DNA of 64,000 bases from Mobula hypostoma (taxonomy: Eukaryota). The translations under genes were made by a program, and so were the position numbers. The DNA lies in the NCBI RefSeq assembly GCF_963921235.1, contig NC_086101.1:164920001-164984000 (forward strand). Reading direction: 5' to 3'. The notes beneath the pieces are model-generated. The model did no database searches and was not told where the DNA came from. It was given only the letters and a program-made list of their open reading frames with translations. Each line of letters opens with the position of its first letter. Positions within the stretch are counted from its first letter, which is position 1. This document shows positions 1-13,930 of this stretch, piece by piece.

Positions 1-229
1 GCAGATTCAGTGGAATGTAGAATCCATTTCTATTTTCCACCTCTGTGACTCTTGCTGAATCTGGAAATGTTTCATACTCTAACAACACTTGGATACCTGG
101 TTATTCTTCAAGTTCAACACAATATCTTCACTCCTCATACCTGCATCAGTAAACGTGAACATCTGCTCAATTTGTAAATACATTACATCAGTTTATTTCT
201 CATCTAAGAAAGGGAAGCAATGCAATAAA

Positions 230-1689
230 GAGAGCCTATAAAAAGTATTCACCATCCTGGGAAGTTTTCATGTTTTATTGTTTTACAACATTGAATCAGT
301 GAATTTACTTGTTTATTTTTGACACTGATTAATAGTCAAAGTGAAAACAGATCTCTACAAAGTGATCTAAATTAATTACAAATATAAAACACAAAATATC
401 TGTTTGCATAAGTATTCACCCCCTTTAAGATGACACACCAAACCATCATTGGTTTTAGAAGTCACATAATTTAGTTAAATGGAGATCTGGTTTTGGAGAC
501 CTGTGTGCAGTCAAAGTGTTTCAACTGATTGTAGTAAAACCACACCTTGGAAGACCCAACTATTGATGAGTCAGTACCCTGGCAAAAACTACAACATGAA
601 GACAAAAAAACACTCCAAGTCACTGAATATTGCTTGGATTACAGTTAAGTCAATCAAGACATGGAAAGAATATGGCACAGCCGTAAATCTGCCGAGAGCA
701 GGCCATCCTGAAAAACTGACTGACCATGCGAGCGGGGGACTAGTGAGGGAAGCCACCAAGAGACCAATAATAACTCTGGAGAAGTTACAAGCTTCAGTGG
801 CTGAGACGGGAGCTTCACCAGCTGCAGCTTTACGGGACCGTGGCAAAGAGAAAGCCTCTGTTGAAAAATCTCGCATGAAATCTCAGCTAGAGTTTGCCAG
901 AAGGCATGTGGGATACTCTAAAGTCAGCTGGAAGAAGGTTCTATGGTCCAATGAAACTAAAATTGAGCTTTTCGGCTATCAGACTAAATGTTCTGTTTGG
1001 CTGCATCATGCTGTGGGGATGCTTCACTGCAGCAGGCCCTGGAAGGCTTGTGAAGGTAGAGGGTAAAATGAATGCAGCGAAATACAGGGAAATCCTGGAG
1101 GAGAACCTGATACATTCTGCAAGAGAACTGTGGCTTGGGAGAAGATTTGTTTTCCAGCAAGAGAATGACCCCAAGCTTAAAGCCAACACTACACAGGAAT
1201 GGCTTAAAAACAACAAAGTTAATGTCCTGGAGTGGCCAAGTCAGAGTCATGACCTCAATCCAACTGAGAATTTGTGGCCAGACTTGAAAGGGCTGTTCAT
1301 GCACGATGCCCATGCAATCTGACAGAGCTTGAGCAGTTTTGTAAAGAACAATGGGGTAAAATTGCAGTGTCCGGATGTGCAAAGCTGATAGAGACCTATC
1401 CACACAGACTCAAGGCTGTAATTGCTTTCAAAGGTGCATCTACTAAATACTGACTTGAAGGGGAGTGAATACTTATGCAATCAATTATTATGCAAAAATT
1501 ATGCAAAAAATTAATCTAATTAATTTAGATCACTTTGAGGAGAACTGTTTCACTTTGACACGTCTATTTCTAATTATCAGTGTCAAAAAAAGCCAAATTA
1601 AATTTAAATCCACTGTGATTCAATGCTGTAAAACAATAAACCAAGAAAGCTTCTGGGGGGGTGGGGGTGAGTATTTTTCATAGGCACTG
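230..1689 (+). mobile_element. Tc1-family DNA transposon, IR/DR type, decayed
   Basis: About 200-bp inverted terminal repeats (left ...gcctataaaaagtattcacc, right ggtgagtatttttcataggcactg followed by TA). The internal direct repeat aagtattcacc occurs twice in the left arm. Transposase remnants lie inside. Confidence 0.92.
596..1453 (+). pseudogene. Tc1 transposase, frameshifted and with deletions
   Basis: ORFs 479-1066 and 894-1322 give LPRAGHPEKL, WKKVLWSNETKIELFG, MLWGCF, FQQENDPK and LEWPSQSHDLNPTENLW. The sequence ends GASTKY*. The catalytic DDE motifs are degenerate and split across frames. Confidence 0.9.
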
Positions 1690-3458
1690 TATGTAAATGC
1701 ATGACATCATTTATGCAGGTTGTCATGAATGTATTGCTGAGTGCAGGTCCAGAGTATAACCTTTTGTTTCTCACATGTATTAATTCAATATGTGCAGCAA
1801 AATACTTGTTAGAGATCAGGAACTCACTGCATATACACCTTTCATATTCTTTCTCTTATGATAGAATCTCACTTCTGTTTTACTCCACACTGATAACTGG
1901 TATTGATAAAAGTAGTTTTGTATTGACAGACTGACTCAGTGAAATTGAATAAGATGTTGATGTGAAGTAACTGATTAAATTTTAACTGAGTGCACACCAA
2001 TACACTTCATTAGTTTGTTTCGAGCAGACATCTGATCCAAGCCAGAAATCATGGTGTGAGTGTTACAATGATTAGTCCTAAGCACATAATTAAACTGAAT
2101 GTATGTCCACAATAATTACATAACCAGTTAAAATAACCCGAAAACCAAATCAGTGACAGTCTTTCAAAACAGTATTGCTGAGGTTTCTACAATTTTTTCC
2201 TTCTAGTTCCTCTTGGACTTGAACTCGGGTTTGCTGTTGGGTTCTGTGTGATGGTGTTAATTCCAGCACGGATTTACAAGCTAGAGGTAAGACCACCAAC
2301 TCATCAGATGATGAGTAGTATGATTTCCTTCATTCTGCCAGGTCATTTCTGAGCGCAAGGGTAAGAGTGGGTACAGACCAAGTGGTTCATTAGCTCTAGC
2401 CAACAAACAGGAACTCACCACAGTGGAAGGAATGGAACTACATCAATTTGCTAATCCAGCTAAAAATCAAAAGTTTATTTTGTACAATACTGTATTTAAC
2501 AGAGGCCAAAGTAAATGCTGCACCATACTGGGATATAATGCTTGCTGCCCCATAACCACAATTCATCTTCAATTTCCCAAAGATAGTGACTAATCCCGGA
2601 AAAGCACCAACAATAATCTGTTATCTTTGTGTAAACTTCTGCTGAATTCCTAGAATGCATTAAAAGACATCTTGGCCAAAAAAAAAATTCTGTTGCATGG
2701 TTGAAATTTTTACATTTAACATAAGAATTTTATCAAACTGTCTTCAGATACATGGACTTCCGGATACATTGCATTCAACTCCTCCAGATATCTAGAGTTT
2801 ATCAAGAGTTCAAGTGAGAGCTGTGAAAATTGTGGATTCAAATTGTAAAACAGAAAAGCTGCATAACAGTGAAAAGGTTCTCAGCCCCTCAATTGCTGAA
2901 TGTCTAAAACAGAAAGATTTACTTTTTGGAAATAAAACAATCAAGAGTCATCAGGCTTAGCTGGAAGCACGTGGTTCTTTCATGGGAAAAAAACACAGCT
3001 GCTGTACACTGAATCAAAAATGTGCAGCAATACATAAATTATTAAATGCTTAACTCATGAGGGCCCAGAAATAGTTCAGTGAATATTCACCATAGTGCCG
3101 TCAAGTACAATATACTCATGGTTACATCATGATTTTTCGGACGGAAAAAGCCTTTCCACAGCATCACAACTATCCCATAAGATCAAGTGTTTAATTGACA
3201 TGTTTATGAAAGGATGTTTAGCTACAGTGCAAACTATTTGTCAAGCAAATGTGTTGAAATTAATAAAAAGCTCAGTAGCAGTTCAAAGTACCATGGAAGA
3301 AAGAATATTACTCACCCAGAAAACCCAAACAGAAATTGTTGTTTGAGACCAGGGAGCTCTCGTTATTAATGTTTACTTCCTCAATTAAAACCATCGAAGA
3401 AACACCGTCAGACCTTCCCATCTCAGTGAAAGGAATACCTGTGGTAGGGTTGCTGTTC

Positions 3459-3767
3459 AGAACATAGAACATAGGACACTACAGCACAGTACAGGTCCTT
3501 CAGCCCTTGACATGCCGAATTTTTAATACGGTAAGATCAATTTAACCCTTCTCTCCTACATAACATTCCAATTTTTCAATCATCCATGTACCTATCTAAG
3601 AGTTTCTTATTTGCCCTTCTTCTTCTACCACCATTCCTGGCAGGGTGTTCCACACACCCATGACTCTTTGTGTAAAGGACTTACTTCTGAAATCCCCTCA
3701 CCTATGCTTTCCTCCGGTCACCTGAACATTTGGCACTCTTGTATTGGCCATTTCTGCCCTGGTGAAC
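3459..3767 (-). mobile_element. CR1 LINE 3' end fragment
   Basis: Reverse-strand CR1 tail (agaacatagaacatag...acagcacagtacagg) followed by decayed ORF2 C-terminal sequence resembling the copies at 16400 and 19380. Confidence 0.7.
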
Positions 3768-4179
3768 AAGGGGTTATTTTGTGACTTTGCAAGACAAGCA
3801 GGTGTTCTTGTGTTTAATATGGTGGATGAATTGTTAGGACAGACAAAGAGGACTTGTTCCCTCCGATGGGAGAATAAAGAACAAGGAGCAGGATATTAAA
3901 ATTACAATCAGCCTGCTCAAGAATGAAATTGGGACATTGATAGGGGAGAAATTCATCGGCACTCACCAGCATTAGATGCACGAGAGAATATCAGCCAATA
4001 GTTTTACACACAGAAGGCACTGACTTTAATTAGGTTAAAGTATAGTCTCAGTACATTATGACAAAATTGTTGAGAAATAAATACGCACAGGTCATCAAAC
4101 TAAAAAGCTTGAAGCATGTTCTTTTTTGTTTCTATCAACTATTGAGACTAGACCGCAAGTTTTTTTTAAACCACTTTTG

Positions 4180-4922
4180 AAACTCGAAATCCATGACCTG
4201 TCACCGAGGAGGAGGACAGAAGGACCAAAGGAACACTACCATCTGGTTGGCCCTATGTGGGAGTGCAATACTCCTCCAAGTGACAGCACGCCAGTAGTGC
4301 TTTCATGTGGAGTCCATTAATGAAGAGTGGGGCAGATGATCCATTAGCAAACCTTGGATTTCTGCCATTACCAACAAACCTGTGGATGTCAGAGATTTCC
4401 ACAGTTTCAGTGACTGAGAGCTGGGGATCAGAACTTCTTGATTTGATCACTAAGATCTGACTCACAAGGCAATTTTGCTTAATATACTTCACTCTGGAAT
4501 TTAATTCAAATTCAACACATTAATACCAGTACTTATTGCTCGTCAATAAATTATAAGCACTATCACCTTTCATGGCACTGCTCTGGGCCTATGCGAATGT
4601 GGACACGTAGGACACATTAGCTGGAGTGTCACACACAAAATGCTGGAGGAACTTAGCAGGCCAGGCAGCATCTAAGGAAAAAAGTACAGTCGACATTTCA
4701 GGCCAAAACCCTGCCCAAGTCCTGTCGAAGGATTTCAGCCCAAAAAGCCAACTAATTCAAATATGAGAATAAGGATAAACCCAGCATTTACTGTAAGTGA
4801 TAATGAAGGGTGAGCAATCTTATTTCCAAGTCATAATGTAACTTGGAGAGAATGGGCAGATGGCAGTGTTCCTTTGGTCCTTCTGTCCTCCTCCTCGGTG
4901 ACAGGTCATGGATTTCAAGTTT
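4180..4922. repeat. 66-bp inverted repeat pair (4180-4245 / 4857-4922)
   Basis: aaactcgaaatccatgacctgtcaccgaggaggaggacagaaggaccaaaggaacactaccatctg is reverse-complemented at 4857-4922 with 2 mismatches. Confidence 0.9.
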
Positions 4923-5017
4923 ACTTTTTTCCACAGATGCTGCCTGGCCTGCTGAGTTCCTCCAGCAGTTTGTGTGTGTTGCTCAGATTTCCAGCATCTG
5001 CGGGTTTTTCCTTGTTT
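4628..5017. mobile_element. Palindromic PLE-terminus element with decayed back-to-back hammerheads and an internal insert
   Basis: Left arm acacacaaaatgctggaggaacttagcaggccaggcagcatc is inverted relative to right arm gatgctgcctggcctgctgagttcctccagca. Confidence 0.8.
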
Positions 5018-6859
5018 GTTTAACTGGAGTCCTGGCTGGTTTACTGATCAAAACACTGCACTGCTCACTTACACCACGGTCCTCCGTGGGCAAAAGGAAC
5101 AGAAAGTCCTCCAAGTTCTGGCTGCAAGCCTGATAAAATCTGGAGAAAATTAAACACCTTCCAATCAGGTAATTACTAATGCTCTCTTACTTCGTCTATT
5201 TTATTTTTATTACTAAATGAAATAAGTGATTTGCTCCAGTGATTTACCCTAGTATGTCTTTAACCAACAATTTCAGTGCTCCTTCATTGAGCGTCAGAAA
5301 CAAAAGGCCAAAGTTGGTATGCAGTTTGAGCAATATAAACATGCCAAGCAAGAAGTCCAAAACCCCCAACTACGAAGGTGCCAACAGGCAAAACACTAAC
5401 ACCTAGCAAGCAGAGGGCAGCTAACTCCATTATTTCTTTTCTAAATAATGACAGATGTCATGGACAGGAACTGATCCTATTTGGGTTTTCTTCATGACAT
5501 AATTCTACAACATAAAAAAAACTCATACCTAGAAAAATGGAGGGTATGTGGGAGAGAAGGATTAGGTCAATCTTGGAGTAGGTTAAAAGGTCGGCACAAC
5601 ATGGTGGGCCAAAGGGCCTGTACTGCACTGCACTGTTTTATTTTCCATGATCTACTCCTCTCCACTTCATCTTGTACATTTCCGTTGCTAATTCAAGGGA
5701 GGGTGGGAACCTATGGGAACAAGAGTTAAAACTGCCCTGCCTCTGCTACTGAACACAGTTAATAATGAGCAGCTGAAGTGTTTATCTGGCTGATACTTGG
5801 AGTTAAACATTGTTCTGTTATTCACTTGGTATTCTGAGGCCACTTTAATGGCCAACTTTGGGCACTTCATCTCATAAATCCAACCGGACACACAGCAGAG
5901 ACAGCAAAAGAAAGCACAAGGAATTAAAATTATTATGGATGGAGGCGCAGAAATGAGAGAGAAGGGTTGTGTTACTCTAGATTACATTTGGATGGTTGAT
6001 ACGTAAAATAAAACTAATCTCTCAGAATACATCATCCTGCCAACTATAAGAAAACTGGCTAAAACTCCCTTCAGATATTACAGTCATTTTCAGCTTCATG
6101 GGAACAAAGAAGGAATGAATCAGATAAACACCATTTCCAGTCACGCTGTGTCATTCCAGAAACTTAACCAGACATGAGTCACCTTTGTGCTCCTGACAAG
6201 ATTGCTACATCAAACACACAGGATGATTTCTTTCCCTTTGGCGTGTTGTGGGGAAACTTGAATCACTATCTCCTGGGAACAATCATCTTTGGGTACTCAC
6301 AGGAAAACATGGGAGTCAAAACTGGCTGCCAACTTAGCTTCATTTTTTTTTAAGACTCTTCTCAAAATGACAGTTGATTCTCTTACCAAATACTGATCCA
6401 CCACCTCATATGATTCTTCTGTTTGTACAGCACTGACCACAAAATGGCATTGCACCACACTGCCCAATATCCTTCCCCCATCCATTCATTATTAATGATA
6501 TAGTGAACTCACCCAGCATCTCCTTGCAAATCCAAATACTACTGCCCTTCCAAATACCACTGTTCCAATTCTCATCTGTTCTATCTAACCATTGCTGCCT
6601 CTACTGTCTATATTCATCAATGTGTGCCAGGGAACAAGGTTTCTGCTACACCCTCCACTTCACAGTTAAGCATCAATCAGGCCTGTAATCACTGGTCACT
6701 CTAATTTTCTCAATGACTACTGGGAAGCACATTCAGATGTCAAGAATGTGCAGTACTCAAATGGTTTCCATGGTTTTAGGCCTCTGGTGCACGTTGCAGA
6801 TGCAAACGGGGGATGGGAGCTGGAGGGGTCATTGCTTTCTACTGCTACAGCCACAAGAG

Positions 6860-7775
6860 TGCGCTAGTTTCTCCGCAACCTTTGCTATCTTCAATGGAAC
6901 GCTATCACCAAAAGCATCTTTACCCCACCCCCCGCCCAACTCTCTGCTTTCCACAGATATCTCTCCTCCTATGATTCCTTTGTCCATTTGTCCCTCCACT
7001 AAATCTCCCTGCTGGCACTTATCCCCGTAAGTGGAAAAAGTGCTACACCTGCCCATTCACTTACTCCCTCACCTGCATTCAAGGGCCCAAACAATCCTTC
7101 CAGGTGAGGTAACACTTCAGCAGTGAATCTGTTGGGGTTGACTCCTGCGTCCAATGCTCCCAATGTGGCCTCCTCTCACTGGTGAGATCTGACATAGAAT
7201 GGGGGACTGTTTTGTCGAGCACCTTTGCTTATCTGCAAAGGGCAGGATTTCCTGGTAGCCAACTATTTCAATTCTAACTCCCATTCCCATTCCATCATGT
7301 CAGTCCACGGTCTCCTCTTCTGCCATGATGAGACCACTCTCCGGTTGGCAGAGGAACATCCAGGTAGTCTCCAGTCCGATGGCATGAACAACGATTTCCC
7401 CAACCTCCAGTATATTTTCCTCCTCCTCCTCCACACCTCTTCTTCATTTCCCACTCAGGCCCTCCTCCTACCTCCCCTGGTGCCCCTTCTCCTTCCCTTT
7501 CTCTCATGATCCACTCTCCTCTCCTATCAGATCCCTTCTTCCACAGACCTTTACCTTTTCCACCTATCACCCCCGACCTTCTCATTCCATCCTCTCCCAC
7601 CCCCCCCAACTTTGCTTCACCTATCACTTTCTAAGCTTGTATTCCTACCCCTCCCCCCAACCCCAACTTCTTATTGTGGTATCTTCCCCCTCCCTCTCCA
7701 GTCCTGACGAAGGGTCTCGGCCCGAAACATCAACTGTTTATTCCTTTCCATAGATGCTGCCTGACCTGCTGAGCA
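6860..7775 (+). mobile_element. Penelope-like element 3' part (GIY-YIG remnant, pyrimidine tract, hammerhead terminus)
   Basis: Homologous to 47137-47700 (SHSHSIMSVHGLLFCHDETTLRL). Ends with the hammerhead and the gatgctgcctgacctgctgag terminus. Confidence 0.88.
7699..7736 (+). ncRNA. Minimal hammerhead ribozyme motif, CpG-decayed
   Basis: CAGTC-CTGACGA-AGGGTCTCGGCCC-GAAA-CATC-AACTG. The core is intact, but CGTCGAC has mutated to CATCAAC. Confidence 0.7.
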
Positions 7776-8299
7776 TTTTATGAGTGCTGCACCAGAGAAC
7801 ATTAAAATTTCTAAGCTCATATATCCCAATTTGAAGTATGCAATTCCACAAAAGGTCAACTACGAATACAGAATCTGTTGCATGTTGTCAGCCTGTGTAC
7901 TTCGCCCATTATATAAATTCCTATACATTTATAACATTAGTGGTCCACACGCACTGTCTCAGGCTCTGACAATTTCTGTTGTCATGTGACAACTTTTGTA
8001 ATATAAATGTGACAACATTTCCAACATAAATTTTGAGATAAGGATTGACGTTGGTTGCCACACGTGTGCACAGGTGCATATTTTAATTAGTTTCCCTGCA
8101 GCCTGGGCCAGTGGTTTCTGCCTTCCAAATAGCCTTCACCGGAACAGTGGTCCTTAGCTTGAGGGGATGTAGCAGATAATTGAGGATCATACAACTGGAC
8201 AACAAAACCAATCTTCACCAGTCATCATAAACTACCTACCAGTCAGAGCATTCCAATGCCAGTTTAATTGTTCTGCTTTAAGAATAATTCAACCATCTA

Positions 8300-9278
8300 C
8301 CTCAAAGTAAATTTATTATCAAAGTACATATATGTCACCATATACAAGCCCGAGATTCTTGTTCCCACGGGCCTACTCAGCAAATCTATGGAATAGAAAC
8401 TATAACAGAATCAATGAAAGATCAACTGGAGTGCAGAAGACAATAAACTGTGCAAATGCAAATATAAATAAATAGCAATAAAATAATGTTATGTCTGCCC
8501 TCTCGCTGTGAAAACGGGGATACCTCTTTTTCCCTTATTAGGGAGAGAGGGAGCCTGTGGTATGTCGAATTACTGGGTGAGTGAGTAGTCTTTGGGGTAC
8601 TGCAAGTCTGTGTCTTTATTGAAGCTTTGCTGCATGCTTCAGTGCTCGGTGGGGGCGCCGATGTTTTTTTGCTGGTGGGGGGATGGGGATCGTCATTTTG
8701 TGGCTGTTTACACGTGGAAGGGGGTTGCTGAGGAGGGTTATGGGGTTCAAACGTTTAACTGTCATTCATTCTTTGGGGCACTCCCCTGTCTGCATGGATG
8801 GTGTGAAGAAAAAGGAATTTCACGACGTATATTGTACACATTTCTCTGACATTAAATGTACACTTGAAACCTTTGAGAACATGAAATAACACTCCTTCAA
8901 GTGAGACAATTGGTTGTGGAAACATCTCAATGGATGTGCAAGTGAGTGTAGTTAATCCTTTTGTTCAAGAGCCTGATGGTTGAGGGTAGTAACTGTTCTT
9001 GTACCTGGCGGTGTGAATCCTGAGGCTCTTGTACCTTCTACCTGAAGGCAACAGCGAGAAAAGTTTTTCATGTAGATGTGCTCAGTGTTTAGGAGGGCTT
9101 TACCTGTTATGTACTGAGCTAAATCCACTACCTTTTGTAAGATTTTCCATTCAAAGGCATAGGTGTCAAGGCACACCAGGCTATGGTGCAGCCAGTCAAT
9201 ACACTCTCCACCACACATCTGTAGAAGTTTGTCAAAGTTTTAGATGTCATGCCGAAACTCCGCAGACTCCTAAGGAAG
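8300..9278 (-). mobile_element. Rex/Babar-type LINE 3' fragment, interrupted
   Basis: ORF 8952-9218 (KILQKVVDLAQYITG) is homologous to the RT C-terminal regions at 24541 and 45316. The tail caaagtaaatttattatcaaag is on the reverse strand. Confidence 0.75.
8490..8876 (+). mobile_element. Non-autonomous retroposon (SINE-like), same family as 28150-28682
   Basis: Shares cctctttttcccttattagggagag...ctgcaagtctgtgtcttt...tcattctttggggcactcc...gacattaaa...cctttga with 28350-28682. Nested in the Rex tail. Confidence 0.75.
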
Positions 9279-12116
9279 GGGTATGTGAACGTATATGAAG
9301 AATTTAAGGCTCATGTCTTTCGTAAAATAAGGAGGCTAATTGTTTTGCACATTTTAACTTCACCTACATAAAATAAGTTAATGATTACTGCAGTTATAAA
9401 ATTTAAATAGAAAATACATTGCAGAATTCCCCTTTACAAATGCAGTACTGACCTTTGTAACTTTAGATTGACCGTAATAGCTGTGGAACACATTTCACAA
9501 CCACTCCAGAGCACACCCAATACTCAGGAGCAACATGGTTTGCATATACTGGGCATATTGGAACATGAACTAACACACCACACTGCATTATAACAGAGTC
9601 AGGAATAAGAGTCAATATTATGTGGTGGATTCCACCTATCCCTGCGGGCACTGGGAAAGTGGAAGCACAGATTCAGTGGAAGGCCCTTCTCTCTGCTTTA
9701 AATAGAGATCCTATCCAAATCGAGTGCTGGAGTGGTACAAACTGTAGGAAAGATGTGTCCTGGTTCTTGGGTTAGGCTGCATGTGTGAACTCATATAATG
9801 AATGCCGATTTATTCAGGGCATAATGGTGAAAAATAATCCTGTTCATCAGTTTCTCAGTAGGGGTCCTCTCCTAATGAACACTCACTGTTATTACTCTTT
9901 GGGAAGTCATTAGGTGCTGATGTTAATTGCAGCACCCATGTCTTCACTATGACTTAGGTTAGCTAACTCAACATAAGTTTAGAAATTAAAACAAGGAAAT
10001 GTCTAGTTCTGTAAACTATTAAGCAACTGAGCTATCAAAACAGAAAGTAACACAGAATTATTTTTTCACCACTGCACACAGAGCCACTGCAGAACATCTG
10101 ATTCCTTTGCGTAGCTTTCTGGCTCCTGAACCAGCGTAGACAGAATAACTTCAGTTACCTCAACACAGAACTGGTTCCACAGCCCATGGACTCACTTTCA
10201 AGGATTCATCGACTCATATTCACAGATTTAATTAATCTGTTTATTTATTCATTTATCTATTATCTGTTTTTTTTTGTATTTGCACAGTTTGTCTTGTTTG
10301 CCAGTCTTTGTGCGTAGTTTTTGGTTGATTACATAGAACAGTACAGCACAGGAAACAGGCCCCTCGACTCACAATATTGTGCCAAAATAATTAAATTAGT
10401 AATCAAATGGCCAACTCACTGACTTCCATTTTGTCTAGACAATGTCCTTGAATTTCTTTGTTTAACGATGTATGGCTGCAAGAAACTGAATCTCAGGGGA
10501 TTATATGGTGGCATACATGTAAATTGATAAGACATTTACTTTGAACTTTGATGTGGACCTCACCAAAGCAAAAGAGAGATGAACAGTATTCATGCCATCC
10601 AGGTTAAGGGTAGCTTTAAAAAAAAACCTGGATACGTATTGGGCTCCCTAACTTTCCAAATGCGTTTTCACCTCCCTCTGATCAGCACTGGAAAAGTGAT
10701 AGGAAGTTCAACAGATTGATCCCTTTGGAAATGCAACATTAGGCAATAAGCCACACCACAATTGTGAAGAATAGATTAAAGCTAATAGTAGCTAATTACC
10801 CAGACTAATGGGTCAGGGTATTCAAGTAGATGAATTGGATTGGTTTCACCCACCACGCCTGAAACAAAGCAGTGGTTTGTCTACATTTACTTCCTTGGTT
10901 TCTATGTGAAGGCTACCCCATGACTACAGCAGTGAATGGTCTTGCTGTGACCTTCCTTTTCTACATGATGTCTGGTCGTTAGACTTTCCCTGGTCACTGT
11001 CACTTCTCCACTTCCTTGATAGAAAATTCTGAGTCATGTTGTTGTCATAGATTAGGCTACCAATTTAGAAACACAATCTGGGAAATATTCTCAAACCACA
11101 CAAGATTTATACTAATCCTACTGTTCCCATATAATTTTATATCTTCACAAAGGAAGTTGTCTTTCTTCATTATGTTAGCCCACTGGGCTGAGCATTTATC
11201 TACTGCTGGCATTGTTCTATTCACTGTAAGCATATTCAGCCACAGTACCCCTTTGCCCATTGGGATTAGTGCTTTACCTTGCTGTGTATTCCTGGCACAA
11301 ACACATAAAAGCTCTCCAGTTATACATGCTGCATTCATTTTCATTCTCTGGGGGCAGATCCATTTCAAGTATCTCTGCTCCATTGCAATTCCCAAGTATT
11401 CATGTACATTACCTCTATACAATGATATTTGTCTCATTTCTTGCCCCTGGTGACATTATCTTTCTGAATCACGGTCAGTTGATCACCCCCCTCCCCTTCT
11501 TGGCCTGAAATTCAGTCTAGCGTAAGATCGAATTTCCACCTTACTCCCCATAGTCCCATCTTTTTCATGGCCTCAAGGTTTTTTCTGATTGTTCCCACTT
11601 TGTGTACATTTAGCTTATCTCTGTTGTACCTATTGGTCCTGAATATACTCCCTGTTATTTATGACAGCATTATTACTATTTTCACATCAGACTGCCATTC
11701 TCAAATTCCCTTGATGAACTCCTTCCTTCCCAAATATCAGAGGACCACAAGATAAATGAATTTTTAAGCCTTATTATTATCATTTGCTTTCATTTCTCAA
11801 GGTAAGTTGCTCCAGCCCCAGAGACAATTTACTATCTTAGTGTCCTTTCAGCATACAAGCCTATCATCCATCCTATGTGCAATCATTATCAGCGTTAAAA
11901 ATCACTGCCTTTTGAACACAACGCAGGCAATCAACACTGTTTGCTCTAAGCATAGTGTAGTGTCTAATGACACAGAGGGAGATCCATCTACAAGGACTGC
12001 GATACAATGCCTGAAAAGGCTTTTTGAAAGTCACTCTTTGTTTTCTCACAGAGCTTTCTGCTTCAAGCATTCCAATGAAAAGGTACTATTCAATCTAAAA
12101 TGAAGGATTTGCATTT

Positions 12117-12211
12117 GTACCTCTTCCTATAGATGCTGCCTGGCCTGCTACGTTCACCAGCAATTTTTACGTGTGTTGCTTGAAATTCCAGCATCTGCAG
12201 ATTTCCTCATG
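12117..12211 (+). mobile_element. 95-bp PLE terminal fragment with 9-bp TSD
   Basis: Reverse complement of the PLE end at 46711-46808. Flanked by tttgcattt at 12108-12116 and 12212-12220. Confidence 0.85.
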
Positions 12212-12664
12212 TTTGCATTTTTAAAGGTTCTTTCACAACTTCAGAATGGCCCGGTAACTTCAGAATTTTTTTTGGATTAAAAAAAACATTGTTTTCGTAG
12301 ATGATCTGATTTCTCAAAGCAAAGTTTACTTGGAGTCCTTTTTTTTAAAACGGGGGACACACATCCTAGGTTCACTGTAACGCCCTCACCTCTGCATTGA
12401 AAGTTATGAACTCAAGTTCCACTCCAGAGACTCCAGGGCCTTCTCTCAAACTGAGTATCAGTCCAGTAATGAGGGAAGCTGCACTGTCAAAGTTCTGCAG
12501 AACAAGATATTAAAATTCAAGGCCCATCTTTCTTTAAGGTAGCAGTAAAAGTTCAAGGGCACTTGAGTATACCAACATAATAAAAAATATTTTTAAAAGC
12601 TTGTTTGTATGAGGATTTGTTTGGAACAGACAGGACTAAATGCCCAACTTGAATTCCAGAGTGA

Positions 12665-13596
12665 GGCTCCCTCACCTCTGCCCCTCAATGCAGGAGCCCC
12701 TCAGGGCTGTGTCCTAAGCCCCCTCCTTTACCCATGACTGCATCGCCACCCACAGCTCCAATGTGCTAATTAAATTTGCTGATGATACTACATTGATTGG
12801 TCTTATCTCAAATAATAACAAGGCAACCTACAGAGAGGAAGTCATCACCCTGACACAGTGGTATCAAGAGAACAACCTCTCCCCTCAATGTCGCAAAAAC
12901 AAAGGGGCTGGATGTGGAGGAATGGAGACAGTCTAACCCCTATTGATATAAATGGATCTGGGGTTGAGAGGGTGAACAGCCTCAAGTTCCTTGGCATACA
13001 CATCACCGAGGATCTCACATGGTCTGTACATACTGGCTGGGTGGTAAAAATGGCACAACAGCACCTCTTTCACCCAGATGGTTGAAGAAGTTTGGTATGA
13101 GTCCCCAAATCCTAAGACTTTCTGCAGAGGCACAACTGAGAGCATCCTAACTGGCTGCATCACTGCCTGGTATGGGAACGGTAATTCCCTCAATCACAGG
13201 ACTCTGCAGAGTGGTGCAGACAGCCCAGCACATCTGTAGATGTGAACGTCCCACTATTCAGGACATTTACAGAGACAGGTGTGCAAAAAGGGCCCGAAGG
13301 ATCACTGGGGACCTGAGTCACCCCAACCACAAACTGTTCCAGCTACAACCATCTGGAAAACAGTACTGTAGCATTAAAGCCAGGACCAACAGGCTCTGGG
13401 ACAGTCTCTTCCACCAGGCCATCAGGCTGATTAACTCACGCTGATACAATTGTATTTCTATGCTATATTGATAGTCCTGTTGTACATACTATTTATTACA
13501 AAGTACTATAAATTGCACATTGCACATTTAGACAGAGACATAATGTACAGATTGCTTAAGTACTTGAATGTAAGAAATAAAGTCAATTCAATTCAA
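12665..13596 (+). mobile_element. Rex/Babar-type LINE, 5'-truncated RT region
   Basis: GAPQGCVLSPLL, KFADDTTLIGLI, KFLGIHITEDLTWS and ESILTGCITAWYG, split across frames. Ends aataaagtcaattcaattcaat. Confidence 0.88.
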
Positions 13597-13930
13597 TGTG
13601 AAACACTCTGAGAAAAGATCAGATCCTACCTACAGTGCAAGATTCAACTTTCAAATGTTTGAAGAGCAGTATTTGATATTTTACAAACTATAGCTCTACT
13701 ACTCCTAGAATATCAGTGTTAAAACATTGTAGAAATTTTAAATGTACAACTCAAACTCTTTAAAAGTATAAATGCACTGACCACTAGGTGAAAAACCAAC
13801 TCCAGATGTTTGAAACACAGTTGGCAAAATGAAAGACAAAATATCTTTAAACTCCTGGGAGCTACAAGTTTGGACACAATGACAGCAGCAATGGGCAGAA
13901 CTGCCACTCAGCTGTCATCGTGACACAAGA

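Noticed and set aside
11016-11453. Overlapping 145-aa and 126-aa ORFs in unique DNA
   Set aside because: No recognisable domain or convincing splice context. The lengths are compatible with chance.
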